Origin: Felis catus
Lineage: Eukaryota
Length of the DNA stretch: 64,000 bases
Direction of reading: 5' to 3'
Assembly: GCF_018350175.1 (NCBI RefSeq)
Contig: NC_058368.1
Location: 47,804,001-47,868,000 of the forward strand
The position numbers and the translations under genes were made by a program. Shown here piece after piece: positions 51,536 through 64,000 of the stretch (position 1 is its first letter; the number at the start of each line of letters is the position of its first letter). A model generated the notes under the pieces. That model worked only from the letters and a program-made list of their open reading frames with translations, was not told where the DNA came from and made no database searches.

Positions 51536-52510
51536 AAGTTAAAAGACTGCACATTGCTGTCTATGCCTCCTCCATTGGCACATAGTCCCATGTTGTGTTA
51601 TTTTGCAACTTCACGTCCATTTAATCTCTCTATATAAGACTGAGAACAGAGATCAGGTATCATACTACTTGTGTTTTCTCCAGAGCACCTAGCATAGTTC
51701 TTTGTACAAAATGGGCACTTAATAAGTATTTGTCGACTTGAAATATTAAGGTACATTTTTTCTTTCCCACTAGTCTTATCTCTGCCTGAGTAAATGAATT
51801 TGATATGTGAAAGCAGTTGAGATTAAGCAGGTAAAGTGGAAGAATAAACAGGAGGCAGAGGAGATTTTAATGAAGTTTATGATCTTAAAGAAAAATCATC
51901 ACTCCCTATTAAATCTATTTTTTAAGCTTTTAAAATATTCAGATCCTCCCTCTCATCCTCTTAACAGTTTGATGTATATTTGAATAGTAAAAGGCACACA
52001 GATGCTAAAAAGTAGAATAATTATTTTTAAAATATTTGACAGCAACAAAAACACTTGTTTTAGCCAAAAAGTGCTTGTGATTTTTCCCTCCAAAAGGCTT
52101 CATAGCAAACTCATTGAATTTTAGTGTATATCACCTATTTGACTCCAAGTTGACTTTGGATGGAAAAATTCTCATTTCTTAAAAAAAAAAAAAATCAATG
52201 GTAAATAAGATACTTAGACCAAGTTGGTTGGCATAAATAGTAACATATATAGTTCTAGATCTAAGCTTCCATAAATATCAGAGTTTAGAGTTAAAAATTA
52301 CCAAAATATGCAATAGTAAAAAAAAGAAAAAGGACGAAACACTCAAAGCGTGCTTCAGTGGGAACATTTCCCATAAAACAAGCTTTGCTATTTTTATTGC
52401 AGAATTAGAGAAGTCAACTTAAAGCATATTTAAGTCAACAGAAACCGTTCTAGGTAAATGAATTTAATCTTCATGGTCACTGACACACAATATAATCTTG
52501 TTTCTCTCAG

Positions 52511-52569
52511 GATTTTATTCTTTAAGTAACTAAGTGACTCATAAGCTCAGAAAATATTTTCTGGTACAG
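52511..52569 (+). other. Candidate 59-nt non-coding or poison exon
   Basis: Branch-like cactgac at 52478-52484, polypyrimidine tcttgtttctctcag, donor cag|gtaagt; stops in all three frames. Confidence 0.35.
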
Positions 52570-53028
52570 GTAAGTCTGAGCTTAGCATGAAATATTCTGA
52601 ATATTTCTTCTCCTCTTCAGATGAGTATTTCAAAAATAACAGCTCCTTCCTGGAAGGTGCAATTGGCTTTTGGTTAGGAATGTCTAAAAATGATTGTCCT
52701 TTTGTGGAATGTATTTTAGGACAAACTAGAATATACTTTTCCTTTCTCCATCTATCAAAATCCTACCAATAGTTTAGGGTTTAGTTCAAATGCCACCTCT
52801 TTTACACAACTTTGCTTTATTTTTAGGCAGAATTGCACCATTGCACCTTTTTGAGGAAGAGAGGTAACATCTCATAATATTTATTTCAATTTGCCAAGTC
52901 TCATAGTTGGTGTGTGTATTTGGTTTTGCCCCATAGAAACTAAATTATTCAGCTTTGTCTCTCTCTTTGTACCTTGACATAGTGCTTTACAAGTGATAAG
53001 TGAGCAGTAAGCAAATATATTTTACATT

Positions 53029-53768
53029 TGGGGCACCTGGGTGGCTCAGTTGGCTAAGTATCTGACTCTTGATTTCAGCTCAGGTCATGATCTCACAGTT
53101 GTGAGACTGAGCCCAGGGTCGGGTTCTCAGCTGGGCATGGAACCTCCTTGGGATTCTCTCTCTTCCTCTCCCTCTGCCTCTCCCCACTCCTCTCTCTCTC
53201 TCTCTCTCTCTCAAAAAAATATGTTTTATTTTTATTTATTTACTTTTTAAATGTTTATTTACTTTTGAGAGAGAGAGCTCGAGCTCAAGAGGACAAGGGC
53301 CAGAGAGAGAGGGAGACACAGAATCCAAAGCAGGCTCCAGGCTCTGAGCTGTCAGCACAGAGCCCGATGCAGGGCTCGAACTCACGAACCGTGACATCAT
53401 GACCTGAGCCGAAGTCAGATGCTTAACCGACTGAGCCACCCAGGCATCCCAAAATATATTTTATTTTTAAATATTCAACAGTTTGAATGAAAATAATATA
53501 TAATAATGGTTTTAAAAAGCCCATAAAGGGGGCGCCTGGGTGGCTCAGTCGGTTAAGCGGCCGACTTCGGCTCAGGTCACGATCTCACACTCCGTGAGTT
53601 CGAGCCCCGCGTCGGGCTCTGTGCTGACCACTCAGAGCCTGGAGCCTGTTTCAGATTCTGTGTCTCCCTCTCTCTCTGACCCTCCCCCGTTCATGCTCTG
53701 TCTCTCTCTGTCTCAAAAATAAATAAACGTTAAAAAAAAATAAAAAAATAAAAATAAAAAAATAAAAA
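53029..53768. mobile_element. Three Can-SINEs in alternating orientation: 53029-53219(+), 53224-53450(-), 53528-53768(+)
   Basis: SINE bodies; the last has TSD aaaagcccataaagg. Confidence 0.94.
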
Positions 53769-54392
53769 GCCCATAAAGGATTTATAATGAAAAAAGCAAT
53801 AGGCCCTTCTCCACCTTTACCGCTGAACTTGCTTACCAGAGGGAAGCACATTTAATTTGTAATTGTTTTTGATTTAAGTTCTTCTAATGGTTACCTTCAT
53901 TTCATTAAATAATATACTTAGCTCCCTATTTCCTTTTTATTTTAGACATTTTCTGCTAATTTTCTGTTATAGGAAGTGCCTGTTAGGGGAGATGAGGATA
54001 TTTTAAACTTACATCTTTATTTACCTTTATCTCATGTTGAAGTTGCTTTTCTTTCTCAAAGATGGCATCCAGTCCCTGGAATAGAGGAAATATTTTTGGA
54101 TACCTTCCAGGAGCCTCTGGCCTCTTGCTGTAGTGTGGATGGTTGTTCCCCATAAGGCTGTTACACAGCTGGCATTTGGGACTTCTTTCTTTTGTTTCCT
54201 ACTTGGTTGAATTTACTGTTGTCTAAATCTCTTATCTTCTTACTTTTTGTTTTTTTATCCACATTTTGTGGGAGTGCATCTTTAGGAAACTTCCTATTAT
54301 AGGACATATGGGAGGGAAATGTTCTTAGCCTTCCTTGATTTTCATTTGATTTATAGTCTGGTTTTGATAAAAGATTCTGTATTGAAAATCAT

Positions 54393-54437
54393 CCCCCCCC
54401 CCCCCCCCCCCGCCACCCCCGCCTCCGCCCCCGCCCC
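54393..54437 (-). repeat. Poly(C)/C-rich tract (G-quadruplex-capable on the - strand)
   Basis: ~19 C followed by gccacccccgcctccgcccccgcccc. Confidence 0.8.
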
Positions 54438-54683
54438 AGCACCGAAAGCAATGTCCGAAGCCTTTTGGTGTCCGGAGCTCCCGATGAGACATCCTTTACC
54501 TGTATGAGTCTCATTCCTTTGTAGATGAGAATCTGTAAGATGTTAGAATCTTCCCATTCTCCTTGGGGTTTGGAAACTTCCCAGTGACATATTTAGGTGA
54601 GGGCGTTTTTTTTGTTCTTCAGCTTGGAGATAGTCTCTGGATTATATGCTCGATGATTTTATATCTTTATCTCTATGTCTATC

Positions 54684-55235
54684 TTTATTGAAATACAATT
54701 CACATACCATACAATTCACCCAGTTGAAGTGAACAGTTCAGTAGCTTTTAGTATATTCACAGAGTTGTGCAACCATCACAACTATGGAACTTGAGAAGGT
54801 TTTCATCACCCCAAAAGGAATCCTGTGCTCTCATTAGCTGTCACTCCTCATTTCCCTCTCTCTCCAGTTCCTGGAATATACTAATCTGCTTTCTGTCTCT
54901 ATGGATTTACCTGTTCTGAAATTTTTACGTAAATGGAATCACACACTATGTGGCCTTTTGTGTCTGGCTTCTTTTATCTAGAAGTGTTTTCGAGATTTAT
55001 CTGCATTGTGACACGTATCAGTACTTTGTCTCTATTATGGTTGAGTAATAGTCCATTGTACAGACATATCACATTCTGTTTATCCGTTCATCAGGTGATA
55101 GACATTTGGGTTGTCTCCACTATTTTTTAATAATATTAACTTTGCTATGAACTTTCATATCCAAATTTTAGTGTGAACGCATGTTTTCATTTCTCTTGGA
55201 TACATATCTATGAGTGGAATTGTTGGGTCATATGA
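54684..55235 (-). mobile_element. L1MB-like 3' end
   Basis: ctttattgaaatacaattcacataccatacaattcaccc..aatggaatcacacactatgtggccttttgtgtctggctt. Confidence 0.85.
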
Positions 55236-58200
55236 TTGGTGGTTATATTGTGATTTCTTAGACCTCGCTCATATTTTCTTAGTTTGCACTTTCCATAGTA
55301 CCCCATTGTTATTTTATGATTTTAATATATACTTCAACCTCTCTGAGAAAATCAATTAGCTGCATTGGTTACCTTTGCTATGCCTACAATCTCCCATAAA
55401 TTTGTTCGACTTATTTGTTGATGCTCTCTCTCTTTCCCCCAATTCTTTTTGCGGTTTTAGGTTTTAAATCTGTACACCCGTTTAGCAAAATGTTACTGTG
55501 GTATTGTTAATCCACTGTCTTGAATTCAAATCAGTGAGTATTTGCTTAAATGGTTATTCAGCTGCCCCTGAAAGTGGTGGTTAGTAGATTCTTTACATAT
55601 GGTCTATTTGCTTACCTTCATGTGATAGCCATGGAGTACTTCATAAAAATCTGAACTGTGGAAAACTGACAGAGAGAATACTATTATAGCAATACATTTG
55701 GCCCTAACATCTAAGAGGTTATGACCATGACTTAGACTTTTTCTTACATCGAAAAGAGTGGAATTAAAACATTACTGATACATTTTTATTTGCATAGAGT
55801 TTGCTATTGATTTACTTTATGACCAAAGACAAGTTACTTCTCTTTTTTTCCTCATCTACCAAATAGAATTTATGATTTCTTCAGAGTGTTATGCCGTGAA
55901 CTCACTGACTACTGAGACATATTAAATGAAACAAGTTTCCAATGTTTAAACAAATCATCTCAAATAGTATCAAGTTGGACTCCATTTTCATTTAGAGAAG
56001 GATGCCAGTCTGCCCCCTGGTCAGGCAGGCTCAACCCTCTATCTTTTCCTGGGAGAATGTGTAACTCTTAGGAAATGAGTAGATGGTCAAGTGGTAATTC
56101 ATATTGGTCTCCAAAAACAGAAGGAATTGCATTGCCTTCAAGTTTGTCCACTGATTCTTTTATGAGGTGTTTCATGGCCAGAGTTACTGGTCAGGAGCAT
56201 TGAAGCTCCACTCAGTAACTCCCAGCTCTTCCATTTTTGAGAAAGATTTCCTTCTGAGCATGTAGGGCCAGGTTATTTGGTGGCTGGATGGCCAATACTT
56301 GCTTAATACTCTGGTGGGATGTGGATACCAAGAATTTTGCAGTGAATGGGTAAATGAGACTGACAAATGCTAGGTGATTTCTTCCTTTCCAAGGTTGAGC
56401 TCGTTTTCTGCAGGGAAACTACATGTTTGTATGTGTGATCTTGAGAGGGCTTTCATTCTTCATCTTGATTTCCTCATTGGCAAATAGGAATCCTATGATG
56501 GTTTGATCATATAACCACTGTGATCTGATCACAAGGAACCTCAGGAAATGAATGCTCCATATGGCCTCATCTGTCAATACTCCTATATTCATGGATGCAA
56601 CACACACATGCGCGTGCACAGACACAGACACACATATAGCGTGAGGCTTTATTCCTTTGCCAGCCTTAGCATCTATCATTGCATTCCAGATCCTATATGA
56701 TTTAAATTGATAATGAGTTACAGGCTTAAAATTATATGCTATGGGATGACTCATTATGCATAGACATACTTCTATCTTCCAAGTGGGCTTCTTTTAATTA
56801 AAGGACTAGGAAACTTGTAGAATATGGATCTGTTAGTCTAAATTGTGGGAGAATTATCTCTTCCTCGGTAAGCCCTGAGTTGTGTTGCACTTGTTGTGGT
56901 TTCCTCCAATGAATCTCATTTCCTTTTTTTCTAGTTGCTAGTTGGTTTTGGTTTGATGTTGCTGGTATTTAAAACTTAAACAATCTTAAGCTACATTGAC
57001 TTCCAGAACGGCACATCTGAGTTAGGATTTCCACAGATGCATTTCCATCCAGGGCTCTCAGAGGGATGTAAACCTTGCGTGTGGTATCTGAAGCTTCAAG
57101 TGTGTCCTAGAGACTGAATTCCTTGGCCATCTTTCTTCTCTGATTTTTTCTATTTCTCTCACTGCTCTCTTTATTCTCTCCTCTTTCTTCTCTTTCACAC
57201 TGCTGCCATGGTGGCTTTTAAATGTATTTAAACCTCAAGAAATGTATTTAAACCACTTTGTAGTTCGTAGGGCTAATGCCCTGTATGTGAACTGAGACCA
57301 GGTCATCACTGCTTTAAAACTTGTATGGTTTTCTATGGTAAAGGTATATTCTGTGTTGAATAAAGAGTCCCACTGCATGATGTCTAAGAACCATTGCACC
57401 TAAGGGGTCCCGGGGTTGTGAAAAATGAAGTGATTGATCATATGAACTGGTGAGGAAAAAAGATAGCAAAAAGTCTTAAATTATGTATTTGTTCATGAAA
57501 AGGCTCAGAGCTCTGAGCCACATTCGGCCCCTTAATTCCACACATATGCCTCTCATTGAAGCTAACAGCTACTGAGGTATCTCGATTGAAGTCTTTGGAG
57601 AACATACAGAATGTGTTGATAGTTCGTATTATATCACACTGTAACTTGGGCGCTTGGCAGGAAAGCATACTTCTCTCTTTAGAAAAAAATTAATATTTGC
57701 TTGATTCCCTGATAAAAGGAATACTACAAAAGAATATTGCAAAACCTTGAAGGTTTGGCAGGGTTTCCCATGTGGGTGGAAAAATGTTGTTCTGAAGCCA
57801 AATTGGAATTGCTCATGAAAATATAACATAAAAATATGTAAAAAAGAAAGAACCGCAACCATGGAAAAAATACATATGTAAACGTATGAAACAACAAAGC
57901 TTATGGACTAATGCTGTGACCAGCATGATTATATAAACACAGTGATATAATTGTAATGTTATGAAATGGCAAATCTCTGATATTAAAGATAATTGGAATC
58001 TCTTTACTATGCTAATTTTAACTCTTATCAGATTTCCGCTGTGTTTGGACCTATGTCTATTGGGTGTTGATATGTTTATATCTTGCTTCTACCCCTATCC
58101 ACCTCTACTTTGGTTATATACCATTGCACTCTTGCATCTTAGAAGGGAAGGCTACTTAAAATGGTAAGGCCTGTTTGGTTTGTCTTTATTCTTTCTGGGT

Positions 58201-59459
58201 TTATAAAACATTTAAGCATTCATTGGAATGTCCCAAGTCTGGGGCAAAATTTTTCCATCTTCAGCTTTACTCTTTGAACTCCTAATGTAACTGATTTCTG
58301 TATGCCCCCCTTTTACCCACCCATAACCTCTTACAAAAGCTTCAGCATACTAATGCCTTTTCTCTTGTGCCACATGATAAATATGTGGGACAAGGGAGGG
58401 GGAACAGGGCTATAAAAGACTAGCTGGTTGGACAAAAGATTTAGTGTTTTCAATTAATTATTTTATTTATTATTTATTTATTTATTTTTTTGTGTGTTTT
58501 AGTTGAGAGAGCATCTATTGAAGTATTTTTCCTAAGCATCATTCCAGAGATATTTATCAGCCTTTCCATCTACGACTGACTATCTGTTCTTTCTATAGAA
58601 AACAAATATATGGGATGTGGTTTCAGGAATTCCCCGTGAAAAAAAAGATGGCTAATGTAAATGACCATATTTGTCCTATCTCATAGATCCTGGGACTGTG
58701 CATATTAATGGTACTTCTTTGTTAGATGGCATATAGTCAATTTCCCCTAAATTAGAGAAACTATTTTCTTGCTAAATGATGGAATGGAAAGAGAATACTT
58801 CACAGAGCAGGTTGGGGATTGTTCCAGACAAAGGGTATACTATAAGTTAACAGAAGGAGTGGGAGAAACAGATAATGAACTTTCCTGAATAGTAGTTAGT
58901 GAGTAATCAGTGAAGCGTTTATTGAATCCTTCCTGCATTCCCAAACGTGACATAGGCAGTATGAGAATCAATGATGTCTCTGATGTGATATTTTGCCTTA
59001 AAGGAGCTTATGATCTGGTTAGGTAATATATTATTTGACTTATTACATGAAAGCACTACTTTCTTTAGAAGTGTCTGCACAAATGCATAAAGCATTCAGG
59101 TAAGAGAGATATTAGTGATGCACACAGAAGCTGGAACAAGATGAGGAAAGCTTCCAGATGGTCACTGAAGACACTTAGGTGGGCTCTTAGACTCCTAGCC
59201 CCAAGAGATGAGCTCGAGTGCTCACATTTGAAATATGTTGTGGAGACGAGCATCGATGTATAGTGATATTTATGGAAAATGAGCCTGGAGACCCTGATCA
59301 CTGAAGGCAGATGAGTTTAACTTGATGAAAAGGGAAACCTTAGTGGGTTCCTAGTGAGAGTGGTGTTCCAGGAAGATAAATCTGTCAGCAGGGGATAGAA
59401 TGGAATGGAATAGGAGATATTGGAGGCTGATGGACTTGATAGAAGTCTTAACAAAAAAA

Positions 59460-60020
59460 TTATCAACGTGAAGTTCACATAGTGTAAAATTAACTATTTT
59501 AAAGTGAACAATTCAGTGGCATTTAGTACATTCACAGTATTGTACAACTACCTCTAGTTCCAAAACATTTCTATAATTCCAAAGTAAAAGCCCTTGTCTA
59601 TTTGTTAAAATATTTTTTTAACATTTTTTCATTTTTGAGAATGAGAGAAACAGAGCCTGAGTGGGGGAGGGGCAGAGAGAGAGGGAGACACAGAATCAGA
59701 AACAGGCTCCAGGCTCTGAGCTGTCAGCATAGAGCCCAACGTGGGACTTGAACTCACGGACCACGAGATCATGACCTGAGCTAAAGTTGGACGCTCGACC
59801 GACTGAGCCACCAGGTGCCCCTAAAGGCCCTTATCTATTAAAAGCAGTTTCTCCCCTTTTTCTAGATTCTGATGACTACCAGCCTGTATTCTATGTCTAT
59901 GGATGTATTGAATCTAGATAGTTCATAAAATGGAATCATATCATTTGTGACATAATGTGTCTGGCTTCTTTCATCCACCTTGTTGCATATATGGGTACTT
60001 CATTCCTTTTCATAATAATA
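59460..60020 (-). mobile_element. L1MB-like 3' fragment interrupted by a Can-SINE (59612-59821, -)
   Basis: aagtgaacaattcagtggcatttagtacattcaca; SINE with degenerate TSD gccctt(g/a)tctatt. Confidence 0.82.
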
Positions 60021-61807
60021 TTCTGGAAGTCTATTCTGACTAGTGTTGGAGGAAGACGGCTATTGAAAATATGTTTTGAAACTCTATAATTCCCTTTGTC
60101 TACATGAAAGAATATATGTTTTCTGGGAGAATGGAGATATCACCTCACTGACAGAAATAAAATAATTGAAGGGAGATTACTTTTAGGGAGTGAGACCTAG
60201 AATTTAGAATAAGAGTGAAATTAGTAAGTAGAGGTAGCCCACCAAGATCTGAAAATTCAAGAGAGAGTTGAGAGTTAGAGTAAAACATTTTATAATCATT
60301 TTTAAGTTTAAACTGATAGCGCTAAGTTAGAAAATAGCCCGGGACTAGGAATTGAATAGTCCACAGATCATTAAGGATAAAGTTTATTTTGGCCAAGTGT
60401 TTTGTTCTGCCTGTAATGGGACAGAGTTGAGAGCTGGACATAGAATTTGTGGAGGCAAGGAGACATGCTGAAGAAGTACTGCTCAGGCTTGCACCAGCTA
60501 GCATGGTGGTGGGAATACATGATAACAAGAAGCTTATGGTGTCTCATTCCTGTTAGATGCCAAGCCCACAGAGACCAGAAAGTTCAGTGGAGTGCCAGAA
60601 AGACCATGAGAGCTTAAATCAAATAGACTAGGATTCAGATTTGGGCTCTGGGTTATTAACCTGAATGCACTTAGACACAACATTCAACTTTTTGGAGCTG
60701 AGGGAAGGTTTAATGAGATAACATTGGTAAAGGTGACAGGTACGTAGTACTCTGGTGGGAAATTATGTATATAAATATATATTTGGAGGGGCAGGGTAGG
60801 CAGAGAAGAATGCACAAAAATCCAGGTAGAGCTCATGTTTTGGGGAAGGTGAATTGCTGAATTCTAAAAAAATGAACATAGAGGTATCTATCTACCTACC
60901 CACCTATCTATCTCTCTCTCTGTCTGTCTATCTCTCTGTCTATCTATCATCTATTTTTATGCACTTACTTGTTTTTTCTTCATATTATTCCAGAAAGGCT
61001 TTATGAAGATAGTTTGCAAAGATGCATATCATGAAAAAGTGGTGTATAAGGCTAGTTTATGAAGGCACGTATATTACAAGATCAAAATAGGTGACAATTT
61101 AGGTTTAAGAAAAATGAGTCAAAGGGAAAATAAGAAAATAGGAAAGGAGAAGCCTCAAGAGGGGTTAGAACATAAATCAAGTACTATGAATTTTTTATCC
61201 TTGCTAGAGACGGCCTGTAAATGGCTTGAACTTTTAGATATTGTTGTTTTATTTTATATAGAGACATCTAAGAGGAAATATCCTGCCAGCCAGAGTCTGA
61301 GAAAGGGTAGCTGGCAAGGAGGCTGACATTGTAGTTAACTGCAGATATTGAATGGTTTTCTTCGGATGGATATTCCACTTTATTGCCGCAAGCACATCTT
61401 GCTGTCATGTCTCTTACCGGCTTATGTAAAACTTTGCTTCATTTGTTTTCCAGGAGCATGCTCATAGAGGTAAAGATTTTGTGAACCTTTTCTGCTGTTC
61501 CTCTATTACTTTGCATCTCACTAGGTGGTTTTTTGGAAACCTACATATTGAAGCTGTCTGAAGGAGCCCTGGAGAAAAAGTAGGTGTGCTTGGTGGTAAA
61601 GGACAGTGGAGATGGGGTTGTTCGTTCCCAGGATGGACTGGTTGCAGAGAGAAGTTGAATAGGAGGGGGTCAGAAAGAAGAGATTGGATATCTCAGCCCC
61701 TTTCAGGATTGGATCTTCAGTTTGGCATGAGTATTTTGTTTGAACAAAATTGCCAGGATATTAGACATATCCGTATTTAAATATAAACATGCTTCACAAA
61801 TACATTT

Positions 61808-62210
61808 ATTTTATTTTTTAATATGAAATTTATTGTCAAATTGGTTTCCATACAACACCCAGTGCTCATCCCAACAGGTGCCCTCCTCAATGCCCATCAC
61901 CCCCTTTCCCCTCCCTCCCACCCCCCATCAACCCTCAGTTTATTCTCAGTTTTTAAGTCTCTTATGGTTTGGCTGTCTCCCTCTCTAACTTTTTTTTTTC
62001 TCCTTCCTCTCCCCCCATGGTCTTCTGTTAAGTTTCTCAGGATGCACATAGGAGTGAAAACATATGGTATCTGTCTTTCTCTGTACGACTTATTTCACTT
62101 AGCATAACATTCTCCTGTTCCATCCATGTTGCTACAAAAGGCCATATTTCATTCTTTCTCATTGCCATGTAGGATTCCATTGTGTATATAAGCCACAGTT
62201 TCTTTATCCA
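61808..62210 (-). mobile_element. Young 5'-truncated felid L1 3' end
   Basis: Same 3' UTR family as 3643-3799; TSD ttcacaaatacattt at 61793-61807 and 62211-62225. Confidence 0.94.
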
Positions 62211-62368
62211 TTCACAAATACATTTCTAAGTCAACTCTGCATAATGTTTTGATTATTTGATCAGTCAGTCACCCACATCTTAGTTCTATTTCTATTAGCA
62301 GTGGATGATGGTCAGCATTAACTAACAAAAAGCCCTATGTTTGTGTAACTTTAAACATTTTAAAGTCT

Positions 62369-62573
62369 TGGGGCGTCTGGGTTGCTGAGTTGGTTGCATC
62401 TGGCTCTTGGTTTCTGCTCAGGTCAAGAACTCATGGCTTCGTAGGTTCAAGCCCCACATCAGACTCTGCACTGACAGTATGGAGTCTACTTGGGTTTCTC
62501 TCTCTACTTCACTCTCCGCCCCTCCCCCACTCATGTTGTCTCTGTCTCTCTTAAATAAATAAACTTAAAAAAA
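62369..62573 (+). mobile_element. Can-SINE
   Basis: SINE body; TSD cattttaaagtctt. Confidence 0.9.
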
Positions 62574-62598
62574 GCATTTTAAAGTCTTTCACAGTACC

Positions 62599-62915
62599 TG
62601 CTACAGTCTGAATTTGCCCCCCATCCCCACCTTCATATATTAAAGTCTAACCCCTAAGGTGCTGGTACTAGGAAGTGGGACCTTTGGGAGATGATTAGGT
62701 CACGAGGACAAAGCCCTTACTCATGGGCCCTTTAGTGCCCTTCTAAAAGAGACCCTGCAGAGTTCCTTCACCCACTTCTGCTATATGAGGATACCACAGA
62801 TTTGTGACCTGGAAGAAGGCTCTCTCAACCAGGCTGGTTGGCATCCTGATCCTGGACTTCCAGCCTCCAAAACTGTGAGACATAAATTTCTGTTGTTTCT
62901 AAGCCACCCAGTACC
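62599..62915 (+). mobile_element. MaLR solo LTR (MLT1A0-like)
   Basis: tgctacagtctgaat..ggacctttgggagatgattaggtcacgagg..ggacttccagcctccaaaactgtgaga..aaatttctgttgttt. Confidence 0.88.
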
Positions 62916-64000
62916 TATACTCTACATTTATAATTCTCACAAAAATACTTTGAACAAAGGAGAGCTGATACTATGATCATTCTCATTTCGTGAATGAAGA
63001 AACATCTTCAGAGTGTTTAATTTTAGTCCTAAATTCAGGTTGCTGGGGAGTTGCCAACATAGAGTGAGATCTTTGTGCTCTGCTTTTCCTATGGGAACTA
63101 TAAAAACCTATGGGATCCTGGAACAGAAAAAAAACATTGTCTTAAAAATTGGTGAAATCTGAATTCAATCTGTAGTTTAGTTTGTAGTAATATACCAATG
63201 TTGGTTCTTAGTTTTAACACTTGTACCGTGGTCATGACTCTAAAAACAAAGGAGGACAATCTGAGCAATTCCTATTTTAGGGAGTACAGGGTAGTATTCC
63301 TGGGTAGTACAGGAGGCATAAATAAGAATTTTAGAAAAAAAATACTGAATAAGTGGTCAGAGAATTGTGGGGGAAAAAATAGAAATAATACCACCAAAAA
63401 GCATTAAGGTTAGAAAGAACTGAAGTGTTAGATGTGATACCCCGTTGCCCATGTATCTAGCTAAACTCATCTCTTGCTTCCCACACCTGCTGTGCGTTTG
63501 GGTTCCTTTGCTATATGAATGGCATTACCATCCCCAAGTTGCTAAGCCAGAACCCAAAGACTCTTCTCTTTTCCTGAACCCTTTATTCAGCCAGTCACTG
63601 CAGCCCATAGACTCCATTTACAGAATTTGTTCCATTTTTTCATTACCAAGTTCAGGCCTCCTGCATCTCCCTTATCTGAACAGTTTTCTGCTCTAGTCTC
63701 TTGCCTGGTACCCCTGTTTCCCCTCTTGTCCTCCTCGTTCCCCTTCTCTAGGATTTGTTTTCCTTCTCTCTTTTTTTAAATTTACCTTTTCTTACTTTTA
63801 GAACTTTTAAAGATAGAGAAAAATCCAACAGAAGAGAATAACAGTCGTCCATATTCTAATCACCCAGAATTAATCACTGTTGACATATTATTTATTTGCT
63901 GCCAGTTTTTCTTTTGAAAGAAAAATCACCCTTTTGTTTTCTAAAAGTAAAATGACCTGCATTCCATATAAAGCATTGAAACAAGATAAAAGCATTACAA

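Overview
This is mammalian non-coding DNA, most likely from a felid (Carnivora), judged from about 37 tRNA-derived Can-SINEs, several of them young SINEC_Fc-type copies, and Felidae-type L1 3' ends. I found no intact protein-coding exon. The ORFs I could assign come from repeats, microsatellites or pseudogene remnants; the rest are short and unrecognised. Contents: a 7SL RNA retrocopy with a ~47-nt extension beyond the Pol III terminator (173-521, -); an intronless, disabled RPS4X retrocopy (~9122-10330, -) that was later hit by a Can-SINE and by a 38-nt tailless U2 snRNA fragment, each with its own TSD; 5'-truncated L1s with clean TSDs; ancient L1M/L2/MIR fragments; MaLR/ERVL solo LTRs; MER20 and MER58 DNA transposons; and many microsatellites. 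The best leads are a 59-nt consensus-flanked + strand candidate exon with stops in all three frames (52511-52569), the nested retroposition stack, repeatedly reused insertion sites, and inverted SINE clusters. I see no evidence of a new multi-gene system. Repeat subfamily names come from recalled consensus sequences, and repeat boundaries are approximate.
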